A stretch of 64,000 bases of DNA from an uncultured virus (IMG/VR IMGVR_UViG_3300043773_001986) (taxonomy: Duplodnaviria > Heunggongvirae > Uroviricota > Caudoviricetes). Positions 1 to 9,107 of the stretch are shown here, piece after piece. The notes under the pieces were generated by a model. It was not told where the DNA came from. It made no database searches and was given only the letters and a program-made list of their open reading frames with translations. The stretch's first letter is position 1, and every line of letters starts with the position of its first letter. A program made the translations under genes and the position numbers. The stretch is taken from IMG/VR virus record IMGVR_UViG_3300043773_001986; one strand, written 5' to 3'.

Positions 1-1332
1 ATCTTTTAACCAGTCGTGTTCTTGTTCCGAGTAAAACTCTGTTGGTTCAACTACCTTGAGTTCATTTAATTGTTTTTCAATACTTAGTTTTTGGGTTTTA
101 ATTCCGATGATTTCACTTTCAATACGCTCAGGAACAATATTCGAGATTTCAATATCAATATCCGTATGTTTGGATTTCAATAATGTATCTCTATATTCTT
201 GTCCTTTGATTATTCTGTTCTGAACATCAATCAAATTGTTTTGTTGGGTAATGTTTTCGGTTTGTAATTGTTCAATTCTTTCTTTGTATCCATCATTATC
301 TGATTTCAACTTTTCGCTTGAATATACATTGGATAACATTGACTTGGAAAACTCTGAATAGATTTCTTTTCCAGTATCTTCCTTCTTTTTAATAAAGTCC
401 AATCCCATAAATCTGGACAATACCTGTCCTCTTGCTGTGGGTTTAGAATCAATTAACTCTTCAAGGTTTGTTGCCGTGGTTAAGATTGTCATCAAGAAAT
501 CTTCCTTCGTCCCGATGGAGGTTTTAATGAAACTTTCCGTTTCTCTCCTTTGTTCTCCTGTAAAGTTCTGTAATGTTCCATCTGATAACTTCTTAAAGAA
601 ATCTAATTCAGTTTTTACATTCCAATCCCCATCTTTTTTCTTCTTTCTTTCAATATTTCTAACAATAACATATTCATCACCATCAATGATAATTTCACCT
701 TTGACGTGAACTTTATCCTTACTAGAAAATCTATTGAAAACTTCTTCAGCTTTTGATGTTTTGGTTGTTTCATTGAAGAATAAGAATAACAATAAATCCA
801 CTGTTAAAACCGTTTTCCCACCAAAGTTAGGGGGATTTGATTCCACCACCGAGATACCATTACACTTATCAAAATCAATCTTTTGATTTTCACCATACGA
901 TAAGAAATTGGAGAACTCAATGTTTTTGATATACCATCTTTTAAAGGGTGATATCTCACTTTCATTTAATAATAATCTACTATCAACAGCTTTATCCAAA
1001 TTAAGAATGGATTCTGTTAGATTTGTTAGATTTTTGTTTTCCAAGAATGATTTTACCAATACATATTGATAGTTCTTATCCAAGATATTGAATGATACAT
1101 CAATTGTTTGTGTTGTAACCTCACTAGATTTAGTTTTGGTTATTACATTAACATTAGTTGAGTTATACTTCTTTTGGAAGTAATGTCTAACACTCTTTAT
1201 CTTTTCTTGTGTAAAGTTTTCAGGATAATCCTCCCATACAACTTGAATATATGGGTTATCAAATTTGTTAAAATCAATATCTTTAATCATAAAATTGTAA
1301 TTGTAATCTGGGGGTGGATTGAATAAATCCAT
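1..1332 (-). CDS. Rad50/SbcC (T4 gp46-like) SMC-family ATPase, 5' part; runs off the window start
   Basis: Not in the ORF track. I read it manually from ATG 1332 (alternative ATG 1290), open to position 1. It contains WYIKNIEFSNFLSYGENQKIDF, a variant Walker A VESNPPNFGGKT, then EYVIVRNIER, SIGTKEDFLMTIL and the start of a coiled coil. Confidence 0.9.
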   Translation of the reverse strand, partial: MDLFNPPPDYNYNFMIKDIDFNKFDNPYIQVVWEDYPENFTQEKIKSVRHYFQKKYNSTNVNVITKTKSSEVTTQTIDVSFNILDKNYQYVLVKSFLENKNLTNLTESILNLDKAVDSRLLLNESEISPFKRWYIKNIEFSNFLSYGENQKIDFDKCNGISVVESNPPNFGGKTVLTVDLLLFLFFNETTKTSKAEEVFNRFSSKDKVHVKGEIIIDGDEYVIVRNIERKKKKDGDWNVKTELDFFKKLSDGTLQNFTGEQRRETESFIKTSIGTKEDFLMTILTTATNLEELIDSKPTARGQVLSRFMGLDFIKKKEDTGKEIYSEFSKSMLSNVYSSEKLKSDNDGYKERIEQLQTENITQQNNLIDVQNRIIKGQEYRDTLLKSKHTDIDIEISNIVPERIESEIIGIKTQKLSIEKQLNELKVVEPTEFYSEQEHDWLKD

Positions 1333-1339
1333 AGGGATG

Positions 1340-1591
1340 TTACTGGTTTTCTTCTGTGGTTGGTACTTCTATTTCACTTGGGTCAACAATAGAGAAATTC
1401 AAATCTTGTCCACCTAAAGAGATTTTCATTTCATTTTCTAATTGTTCGTTTTCTGTAAGTTTTGCCTGGTATTCTTTCAATTTTTGTTCCAACAATTCAG
1501 TGTATTGTTTTTGGAACTTTTTCTTTTCTGCAGCAATTCTTTCGTTTCTTTTTGCAATCTTTCTGTTGTGTTCTTTTTTTGCCTTTCCCAT
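1340..1591 (-). CDS. hypothetical protein, basic N-terminal coiled coil
   Basis: 83 aa ORF tightly packed in a minus-strand run. Confidence 0.7.
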   Translation of the reverse strand: MGKAKKEHNRKIAKRNERIAAEKKKFQKQYTELLEQKLKEYQAKLTENEQLENEMKISLGGQDLNFSIVDPSEIEVPTTEENQ

Positions 1592-1595
1592 TTTG

Positions 1596-1802
1596 TTATT
1601 GATTTAATTTGTAAATTGTAAAATTACCATAAATGTCCAATCGTTTGAGAACATTAGTGATATTATCGTCAACATTATAAAATTCATTATAATTTGTTGT
1701 TGTTATTTCTGTCCTTCCATCAGGTTTTTCACTAACTGAAACAATCTTATCAGGATTGACGAAAACTGAACCTTTTTCTAATTTAAACTCTACTAACTTC
1801 AT
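1596..1802 (-). CDS. small FlbD/SwrD-like protein
   Basis: The 68 aa pattern MKLVEF...VFVNPDKIVSVSE..DGRTEIT......V.DNITNVLKRL resembles the FlbD family. Confidence 0.45.
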   Translation of the reverse strand: MKLVEFKLEKGSVFVNPDKIVSVSEKPDGRTEITTTNYNEFYNVDDNITNVLKRLDIYGNFTIYKLNQ

Positions 1803-1817
1803 TTTAATTTTTTTTAA

Positions 1818-2171
1818 TTATTTAGATGGTCTATTTTCCTCAAAATATTCAACGATTGCATTGATTGCCCATACAGCACCTGATGATAAAATAGCATCAA
1901 AGAACCAAGAACCCCAAATAGGAACTCCAAACAATATATGAACAGGTGAGAATATTACCAATGATAAAAACCATCCTCCGTGAAAACTGAAACACATTGG
2001 ACAAGATAAAATACCATCAATGAAGTGGAAAAAGAATTGGAATGGTTGATACGGATTATTTCCAAGATTCTTGAAGAAATCTCTAAGTCCTTGGAATATA
2101 CTTCCATAAACCATAATGTTCATTAATCCGTAAGATAGGATAAACCAAGTAATTAATTGTACTGAAATCAT
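1818..2171 (-). CDS. membrane protein with CxxC motif (DUF1360-like)
   Basis: About three hydrophobic segments and ILSCPMCFSFHGGW. Start moved to ATG 2171, which overlaps the upstream stop (ATGA). Confidence 0.6.
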   Translation of the reverse strand: MISVQLITWFILSYGLMNIMVYGSIFQGLRDFFKNLGNNPYQPFQFFFHFIDGILSCPMCFSFHGGWFLSLVIFSPVHILFGVPIWGSWFFDAILSSGAVWAINAIVEYFEENRPSK

Positions 2172-2467
2172 AATTTGAAATAATTGTTTTCTTTTATTGC
2201 ACAAAGTCCCTCATTCAACATTTCACATATCTGTTTCAGTTCTTCAACCTTGAAGTCATCCAAACAAAACCATTCTCTTTCAATATTATGTTTTTTGAAC
2301 CTGAAATGTAATGCTTTTTCGAGTTGTGTGGGGTACTTTGTCTCGTATTCAAGTATAGTAATTAAATTTGGCGAGTTCAACTCTTTAACCCTATCTTTTA
2401 CATTTCTTTTTGTGTAACCTATTTTAACTTGATTTGCGTTGTCTTTGATGAAGTAAATAAATCCCAC
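2168..2467 (-). CDS. GIY-YIG superfamily protein (T5orf172/MUG113-like)
   Basis: GFIYFI...VKIGYT..VKDRVKEL...LEKALH..FK....REWF motif set. Confidence 0.8.
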   Translation of the reverse strand: MGFIYFIKDNANQVKIGYTKRNVKDRVKELNSPNLITILEYETKYPTQLEKALHFRFKKHNIEREWFCLDDFKVEELKQICEMLNEGLCAIKENNYFKL

Positions 2468-2504
2468 TACTTTTTTATATTAAAATAGTGGGACTAATAA
2501 AAAA

Positions 2505-3125
2505 TTAAAGATTTTGACTGAGGTTTGACCCTTTCATATATATGGCACCAGTGTTTGATACCAATTTCTCTAATTGTTCAATCTTATTGTTGAGTTCTGT
2601 AATTGTTTTGTCTTTATCCCCCATTTCCCTTCTCAGTTTCATCAAGGTTTCTTGTAACATCCCCATCTTTTCATTTGGTTTATCAATCTCCTTAACTACT
2701 TCAACTTCTTTTATAACCTCAATTGGAATTTCAATTATCTTTTCAATAATTTGAGTGTCACCTGATATGTAAATAGGTATTTCTTTTATTACCTCAACTA
2801 TCTTTTCGATTGGGACTTCCTTCTCGACATAGACTGTGTTAATGACCTCCTTTTCAACCTCTTTAATAACTTCGATTGGGACTTCTCTAATTGTCTCTTT
2901 CTCGATATATTTAACAACCTCAATAGGAACTTCTTTTTCAACATATTCTATTATTTTTTCAGGTTCACTTGTATTTCCAATCAATCCATATCTTTCAATA
3001 TCATATCCCCTCTTAAAACATTTCTGGAAGAACTTATCAACATCTTCAATATTATTTAACTTACAATAATCAGTTAAATCTTTTTGGTTTTGTTTATTAA
3101 GCGTTAAGTAATTTTTCTTTTCCAT
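2505..3125 (-). CDS. hypothetical protein with E/K/V/I/P (EKEVPIEV) repeats and C-terminal coiled coil
   Basis: Repeats EKEVPIEVVK / REVPIEVIKEV / EKEVPIEKIVEV. Likely start is ATG 3125. Confidence 0.7.
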   Translation of the reverse strand: MEKKNYLTLNKQNQKDLTDYCKLNNIEDVDKFFQKCFKRGYDIERYGLIGNTSEPEKIIEYVEKEVPIEVVKYIEKETIREVPIEVIKEVEKEVINTVYVEKEVPIEKIVEVIKEIPIYISGDTQIIEKIIEIPIEVIKEVEVVKEIDKPNEKMGMLQETLMKLRREMGDKDKTITELNNKIEQLEKLVSNTGAIYMKGSNLSQNL

Positions 3126-3873
3126 CAATAATATCTTCAAATGAGTTCATCTCAAACTTAAGGAATGGTCGAGGATTATTCAAGTCAACAAATGAATAAT
3201 CATCTTTAATAACATCATATATTCCAAATCCGTGTTTCCGTAAAGATTCCCCAAAGTTTTGTTGGATTGTTGAGCCTACTTGGATTATTGGTGTTTTATC
3301 CAAATAAATCGTTTGTCTGGCATGTATATCACCACATAGAACAATATCACATCCTTCAAACTTACTGACCTCATATCCTGTCTCAAACTTATATCCAATA
3401 TCTGTGTATAAACCAACAATAGGTCCGTGAAATAACCCAATCTTTAATCTGTCTGACTTCTCTATAACTGGTGGAATGTTATGTTCAAATAATGAATAAA
3501 CAACCCAATCTATATTTTCGTCTTGATATACACCTCTATCCTTATAATAAACAATATTGTCATTGTCCATTGATTGGATGATGGGGGTTAATGTGTCTAA
3601 TCGTGATAAGTTGTTCTCCAACATATCGTGGTTACCAACAATAACAATTGTTTTGGCAATCTTTGAACATTCATCTAATACCCACCTTACCATTTCAATA
3701 AGTTCAGGGCTGACTTGATTTTTACTATGTACTAGGTCGCCTGTAAATACGACTCTATCAGGTTGTATTTCCTTGAATTGGTTAAACATATCCGTAAGGA
3801 TTGTTTTATATAGGTCGTGGTCTTTAATTAATCTCAAATGCAAATCTGAGAAATGAACCAATTTTTTAATCAT
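3097..3873 (-). CDS. Mre11/SbcD (T4 gp47-like) metallophosphoesterase nuclease
   Basis: Motifs SDLH, GDLVH, GNHD, HG, GDIH and GSTIQQNFGES; Rad50-like gene nearby. Confidence 0.9.
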   Translation of the reverse strand: MIKKLVHFSDLHLRLIKDHDLYKTILTDMFNQFKEIQPDRVVFTGDLVHSKNQVSPELIEMVRWVLDECSKIAKTIVIVGNHDMLENNLSRLDTLTPIIQSMDNDNIVYYKDRGVYQDENIDWVVYSLFEHNIPPVIEKSDRLKIGLFHGPIVGLYTDIGYKFETGYEVSKFEGCDIVLCGDIHARQTIYLDKTPIIQVGSTIQQNFGESLRKHGFGIYDVIKDDYSFVDLNNPRPFLKFEMNSFEDIIDGKEKLLNA

Positions 3874-4069
3874 AATTTTTAATTCGTTTTAATAAATGTT
3901 CGTCAGATTGGTAATTAACGGACATAACATCATCACCAACAAAGGCATCAACTTTTCCCAACTCATATGCTCTTATTAACATTGGGTCTTTGAATTCCCT
4001 TGTTTCACCTTTCAACTCGTCAGAGAAACCAATCATATAAGTTTCCAATAATATCTTGTTATCTATCAT
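3866..4069 (-). CDS. hypothetical protein
   Basis: 67 aa ORF overlapping both neighbours. Confidence 0.6.
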   Translation of the reverse strand: MIDNKILLETYMIGFSDELKGETREFKDPMLIRAYELGKVDAFVGDDVMSVNYQSDEHLLKRIKNYD

Positions 4070-4296
4070 TTATCAAATAATTCGAAGTCGGGATTAACGT
4101 GTCCACAATCATCACAACGATAAGTTGGGAATGGTACTAAGGTATCTTCAAAACTACCTGTTAACATTTTAGAAACTTTTTTGATTAGAACTACTTCTTT
4201 AAAGTATTTTGACCCACACTCCTCACAGGTAATAGTTGGTTGTTCTTTAAGGTCAATTTTTGGTAGGTTTTGTTCTGTATTAATTAGGTTATCCAT
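4066..4296 (-). CDS. small zinc-ribbon protein
   Basis: CEECG ... CDDCGH pair. Confidence 0.75.
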   Translation of the reverse strand: MDNLINTEQNLPKIDLKEQPTITCEECGSKYFKEVVLIKKVSKMLTGSFEDTLVPFPTYRCDDCGHVNPDFELFDK

Positions 4297-4297
4297 A

Positions 4298-4570
4298 TTA
4301 TTCTACAATTATATTAAAATCTTCATTATCAATTTTATCCCATTCGGTATCTTGGTTATTAAGTTCTTCCATCAAACTTTCATAAACATTACCATCCATA
4401 GGTTTCATATCCCAACCATTTTCCAAAATATAAGCTTGGATTTGGTCTTCATCCATACCATCCAATTCAGGATAATCTGTAATGTTAATAACCAATGGTT
4501 TTTTTCTAAGGTAAGTTGTAAAAGATTCATAAACTGAAACTTCAACTGATTCTAATTTTTGGTTTTCCAT
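4298..4570 (-). CDS. acidic hypothetical protein
   Basis: 90 aa ORF abutting neighbours. Confidence 0.6.
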   Translation of the reverse strand: MENQKLESVEVSVYESFTTYLRKKPLVINITDYPELDGMDEDQIQAYILENGWDMKPMDGNVYESLMEELNNQDTEWDKIDNEDFNIIVE

Positions 4571-4573
4571 TTT

Positions 4574-4759
4574 TTAATTGTTGTTTTTGTAAATTAATTT
4601 ATATGTCTCAGGTTCAACACCTATAATTTCCCTATCAGAGACAAACTTCACACCATTATAAATAAATGTGTATTTCTTTTTTAATTTTTTGAGCACCATT
4701 TTCAAGTCATCGAGATATTCCTTCTCCCTTTCAATTAATACTTCGTTTTCCAATTCCAT
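4574..4759 (-). CDS. hypothetical protein
   Basis: 61 aa ORF filling the gap in the operon. Confidence 0.5.
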   Translation of the reverse strand: MELENEVLIEREKEYLDDLKMVLKKLKKKYTFIYNGVKFVSDREIIGVEPETYKLIYKNNN

Positions 4760-4765
4760 TTTGTT

Positions 4766-5611
4766 TTAAAAGATTTTCAAATTCATTACCTGATTAATAA
4801 CCGATGTTGGTATTCTAAATTCTTCAAATGTCCCATCGTCTTTCAATAATACTATAATTGCCCCAAATAGTCCAATATTTTCATACTTACTTCCTTTCAA
4901 CATTTTAAATAATAATCTTAAATATAGTGGAAGTTGGATATAGTAGTGTCCCAAAGCATTGTTTGGTAACTTATTGAAGGGATACTTCATTGGTTTGGTA
5001 AATTGATTAGATTCAAAGTTTTTTGGTTTGTTAGTTTTATAATCACCACAGAAAATACCTATTTGGTTTTTTTCTTTATTTTCAATTAACCACATTTGGT
5101 CGGGTTGTCCAACATATTGTAATTCGTTATCACCTAATACCATTTCAGTATCTAGTAAAACCGCACCTCTTTCTTTCATTAATTCCAAATAATTACCACC
5201 AGCACTAACCATTCTATCACTCTTCAATATTTGTTCAAAATCACAATCAAATATGGGTTGTCTAACTTCTTTTTCGATATCAAACATTTCCAATGATTTT
5301 TGTTCCAACAAATAGTGAGTTCTACTCCCCAAGTTAGTAGAATATGTACCAGCATCAGCCCATTCTTTTAATAATTTTTGTTGTTCTTCAACATCACCTT
5401 TGGCCTTTTTTAATGCAATTTCTTCAGCTGGAAACTCATCGTAATATTTTTTAATAATCTTTGATACGGAATACCAATCATCTTTCAGTTTTCCATTGAT
5501 ATCCAACATTGTATATTTATGAGCTTCTTCCTCAAATGTAAGTTGTAGTTCTTTTTGTCTATTCCCCACTATTTCCAATATCTCATCTCTTACTTTATAT
5601 AAATCTGTCAT
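4766..5611 (-). CDS. PD-(D/E)xK nuclease (RecB/Cas4-like phage exonuclease)
   Basis: SVSKII, GSRTH, E...GQPD, DYKT and HYYIQLPLY motifs. Confidence 0.8.
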   Translation of the reverse strand: MTDLYKVRDEILEIVGNRQKELQLTFEEEAHKYTMLDINGKLKDDWYSVSKIIKKYYDEFPAEEIALKKAKGDVEEQQKLLKEWADAGTYSTNLGSRTHYLLEQKSLEMFDIEKEVRQPIFDCDFEQILKSDRMVSAGGNYLELMKERGAVLLDTEMVLGDNELQYVGQPDQMWLIENKEKNQIGIFCGDYKTNKPKNFESNQFTKPMKYPFNKLPNNALGHYYIQLPLYLRLLFKMLKGSKYENIGLFGAIIVLLKDDGTFEEFRIPTSVINQVMNLKIF

Positions 5612-6510
5612 CTTATTGTTATGTAATATTCATTTATGTTTCCCCTCAAATCAGCGATGTCCTTATCAAGTGGTAATTTTACAATCTTTATTCTTCCATA
5701 TAATTCACCACCATTTAACTCGTGGTATAAACTTACCGCATTATCATAGGCATCACCATCCAATGCAATTGTTATATTTCTTTTGGCTTTCTCGTACAAG
5801 ATATTAAATAATAACGAACTCATATGTTTCCCCAACATTGGTATACTATTTGGTATAAAGATAGAATCAAATACTCCCTCAACCAAGGTAATATCTTTTT
5901 CCCAATCTATCAAACTCTCAAAGAATATGATTTTATCTTTTTCCGATTCAGGATTCTTATATTTAGCTTTTGTATGTAAATCCCAACTTCTCGCAATATA
6001 ATAATTTAATTCATTTTTATTATCATATGATGGTATTATAATTCTACCTGCGTGACTACCATTATCACAAAATCCAATACCATATCTTTCAATAATTTCA
6101 TCAGTAATACCTCTATTCATTAGATAGTTGTAGGCTTGTCTCCTTACAGGATAGATACTTGAAACTTCGTTGAACTTCTTGAAGTGTTCAGGTAATTTTA
6201 GTTTTTCAACTTTCTTTCTTTGTAATGGTTTGTTTTCTTCTGGAGCTAATATGGAATATGTTTTATAATGTGACTTTTTACCATATTTTTTTATTAACTT
6301 TCCAAGTGACCCGTGCATATTGTCCGTATCACCACAACTCCAACAATGAAATAGATGTTTGAAATAATTAATCTCCAAATTACCCTTATTTTTACCTTCA
6401 TCACAATTAGGGCAATTGTATGAAACTTGACATTTGGACTCGTAATGTTGTTTTTCCTTTCCAAATATGTCATTGAGTAAATCTACTATTATTTCATTGT
6501 CGTCAGCCAT
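5608..6510 (-). CDS. DNA primase (Zn-binding domain + TOPRIM)
   Basis: CPNC...HCWSC zinc domain; YLMNRGI, RIIIP, KYKNP, VEGVFD and LDGD motifs. Start is ATG 6510 or GTG 6519. Confidence 0.9.
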   Translation of the reverse strand: MADDNEIIVDLLNDIFGKEKQHYESKCQVSYNCPNCDEGKNKGNLEINYFKHLFHCWSCGDTDNMHGSLGKLIKKYGKKSHYKTYSILAPEENKPLQRKKVEKLKLPEHFKKFNEVSSIYPVRRQAYNYLMNRGITDEIIERYGIGFCDNGSHAGRIIIPSYDNKNELNYYIARSWDLHTKAKYKNPESEKDKIIFFESLIDWEKDITLVEGVFDSIFIPNSIPMLGKHMSSLLFNILYEKAKRNITIALDGDAYDNAVSLYHELNGGELYGRIKIVKLPLDKDIADLRGNINEYYITIR

Positions 6511-6534
6511 AATATTCACAAAGTTTTACTACCT

Positions 6535-6563
6535 AATATATTTATAAAAAACAATTTTGTCAA
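6535..6563 (-). promoter_or_regulatory. sigma70-like promoter for the primase/recombination operon
   Basis: Minus-strand TTGACA (6563-6558), 17 nt spacer, TATATT (6540-6535) in the divergent intergenic gap. Confidence 0.5.
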
Positions 6564-6779
6564 ATGCCAACAACGATAACAATAAATGGAGTAACTGGGG
6601 CTACACCCTTCGACATTTATTTATGTGATGACCCCCTTACAACTTGTGTATATGTTTCAACCATAACTGGTGGAACATATTCTTTTGATGTCCCATTCAT
6701 TTTGGATGGTCAATTATCATATAATCTTAAGGTTGTTGACGATAATAATTGTGAAATAATCTCCAATTTAGTAGTATAA
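6564..6779 (+). CDS. small virion-associated protein (single SprB-like beta module)
   Basis: GATPFDIYLCD...KVVDDNNCE; paralogous to 8787..9086. Confidence 0.6.
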   Translation: MPTTITINGVTGATPFDIYLCDDPLTTCVYVSTITGGTYSFDVPFILDGQLSYNLKVVDDNNCEIISNLVV

Positions 6780-6784
6780 TAATA

Positions 6785-8746
6785 ATGGCTAATTACGGCT
6801 TTTTTGTTGCAAACACAGGTTCTACATTATATAGTGGATTCACATTCATAGATTCTCAAGGTAGTAATATTATAATTAATATACCACCAAGTCAAACATT
6901 TTATATTTCAGCTGATGAATCCGTTACTGGTTCAACTTATGTGGGTTTGGATGTACAATTACAAGGTACTTTAGATTTAACCTACGATTTTTCTGCATGT
7001 TGTTCTGTTGATTCATTTTCTGTCGAAATTCCTAATTCGTTATCAGGTTTTTCAGGTGCGTCATATTATGTCTACTTTGCAGCTTTTACTAATAGTACTA
7101 ACGTTAGTTATGGATGTCATAACATTACAGACGATGGTGACGCAGCATCATATCCATATGTGACAGCATTACAAATGGATTTTGCAATTCCAGTTATTTT
7201 TACAGATTGTGTTGATTGTACAAATACATATCAATGTAATATAGATGAATGTTGTCTATTACTTGGAATCGAATATTCAGGTGGTTATTATTATAGAGGA
7301 TTATACAATGATGGTATTATAAATGGCAGACAATATTATACGTTTACAAATATCAATGGTGACTTTATGGTAATGTATTGGGACACTAATGATTGGGAAA
7401 TAGAAAATTTAACCACATCAGTTCCAAGGGGTGCTGGTTCATTAACAACAAGTTATTGTCCATCATTTACTACAACAACTATTGATAATGCTTTAAATTG
7501 TTTATCGGATTTAACAGGTTCTTCAATTAATCTTTTTAGTGAATTAATTTCTTGTTTGGGTTGTCCACCCATATATTGTATAAGTGACACAGGTTTAGGT
7601 TATGATGACACCTACTTGTCTGCTGGTACATATAATAGTGAAACATATTGGTCTGGAACAACGAATGGTGACTTTATATATTTTACAACTGGAGGTACTT
7701 GGTGTTTATCGACTACGTTGGGTGGCTCTTGTTTACTTGAAGGACCATATCCTTGTAACTCAAGTTGTCCCGATTTATGTGATGATTATGTTTTCAGTGG
7801 AGCATGTCCAACACCAACACCAACACCAACTGTAAATTGTTCAGTTTTAGATTTCACTGCGGTTTTTGATTGTGAAGTTACTCCTACTCCGAGTGTAACA
7901 CCTACAATCTCTTTAACACCAACAATAACTCCAACACCAACACCAAGTGACCCTTGTGGTGGTAGAGCATTGGATGCAACAATTACTGGTTATACACCAA
8001 CTCCAACACCAACAATAAGTGTAACACCTACAATGACACCTGAAGTGACAAGACCTTGTAATATCTCAGGAACAGTTACCTTTAATCCAGTAATTGGAAT
8101 ATTAGAATGTCCTTCGAGTAAGAAGTTCGTTGATTGTTCAAATGGTAGTTTATATTATGCTGTAAATCCAATAATATTACCATCAGGTGGTACTTTAACA
8201 CAATCAGATATATTCAAGGCAAATATAAATGGTGTTTCAAAGTGTGTTGTGTTCTTAGGTATAGAATTAGACGTAATCGGTGTTGACCAAATAGATTTGG
8301 TTGATGGTCCTTTGGGAAGTATCACTGGTTTGTCAAGTTGTGATAGTGTTTGTACTCCTGATATAACCCCAACCCCTACAATTACACCAACCCCATCCAT
8401 CACTCCAACATTAACACCTACTCCAACGTCTTCACAAGCAGTTGGTTATTATTTGTATCAGAGATGTTCTGACCCAACTCAATATGTAATACAAACTTTA
8501 CCAGGTCCGACATATACTCCAAATCAAGTATTCAGTTTATCAAGTTCACCATACAATGGACAATGTTGGAAATTTATTTCTTATTCAACCACATATCCAA
8601 CGTTACCTTTGGGTTCAACTTCAACTTATTTGTCAGGAAACAGTTTTCCAACTTCAGGTGTAAGTTTCTTCGAAAATTGTACTATTTGTATTTCAACTAT
8701 TGGTGATACAGGTAAAGGAGGTACTTTGATTGATGGTGGATTTTAG
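6785..8746 (+). CDS. Cys-rich fibre/adhesin-like protein with (Thr-Pro)n tracts
   Basis: Many Cys residues, four PTPTPT tracts, S/T/G-rich beta segments. Confidence 0.65.
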   Translation: MANYGFFVANTGSTLYSGFTFIDSQGSNIIINIPPSQTFYISADESVTGSTYVGLDVQLQGTLDLTYDFSACCSVDSFSVEIPNSLSGFSGASYYVYFAAFTNSTNVSYGCHNITDDGDAASYPYVTALQMDFAIPVIFTDCVDCTNTYQCNIDECCLLLGIEYSGGYYYRGLYNDGIINGRQYYTFTNINGDFMVMYWDTNDWEIENLTTSVPRGAGSLTTSYCPSFTTTTIDNALNCLSDLTGSSINLFSELISCLGCPPIYCISDTGLGYDDTYLSAGTYNSETYWSGTTNGDFIYFTTGGTWCLSTTLGGSCLLEGPYPCNSSCPDLCDDYVFSGACPTPTPTPTVNCSVLDFTAVFDCEVTPTPSVTPTISLTPTITPTPTPSDPCGGRALDATITGYTPTPTPTISVTPTMTPEVTRPCNISGTVTFNPVIGILECPSSKKFVDCSNGSLYYAVNPIILPSGGTLTQSDIFKANINGVSKCVVFLGIELDVIGVDQIDLVDGPLGSITGLSSCDSVCTPDITPTPTITPTPSITPTLTPTPTSSQAVGYYLYQRCSDPTQYVIQTLPGPTYTPNQVFSLSSSPYNGQCWKFISYSTTYPTLPLGSTSTYLSGNSFPTSGVSFFENCTICISTIGDTGKGGTLIDGGF

Positions 8747-8786
8747 TTTATATAAAATGTAGTATTTATCTAAAGTAACTATTCAA

Positions 8787-9086
8787 ATGACTACTTTAGA
8801 ATTTTCATCCATTTTTGGTCTTAATTTTCCCTATACAGTTTATATTTGTGATGTATATGGCCTTCAATGTGTTTTGGTTGCGTACATTGATACAAACGTA
8901 CCTTTAAATAATTTATTTGCACTTCCACAACAATTCAAAACTGCACCAGCTTTGGGTATTAAGGTAATTACAAGTGATGGTTGTGAGAAATTCAAAGTTT
9001 TATATTGTAGTGATGATAATAAGGACTTTATGGATTTACAAGATTTCTTTTTTATGGATGGTGTTCCATATTTCTTTATGTCCTAA
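8787..9086 (+). CDS. small virion-associated protein, paralog of 6564..6779
   Basis: GLNFPYTVYICD...KVITSDGCE. Confidence 0.6.
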   Translation: MTTLEFSSIFGLNFPYTVYICDVYGLQCVLVAYIDTNVPLNNLFALPQQFKTAPALGIKVITSDGCEKFKVLYCSDDNKDFMDLQDFFFMDGVPYFFMS

Positions 9087-9107
9087 CTATTTATATAAAA
9101 AAATAAA

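Noticed and set aside
4766..5611. Cas4 as part of a CRISPR-Cas system
   Set aside because: There is no array or other cas gene and no four-Cys Fe-S motif; the context is phage replication.
7808..8432. CRISPR-like or non-coding tandem repeats (acaccaacacca...)
   Set aside because: These are in-frame Thr-Pro codon repeats with no constant repeat-spacer structure.
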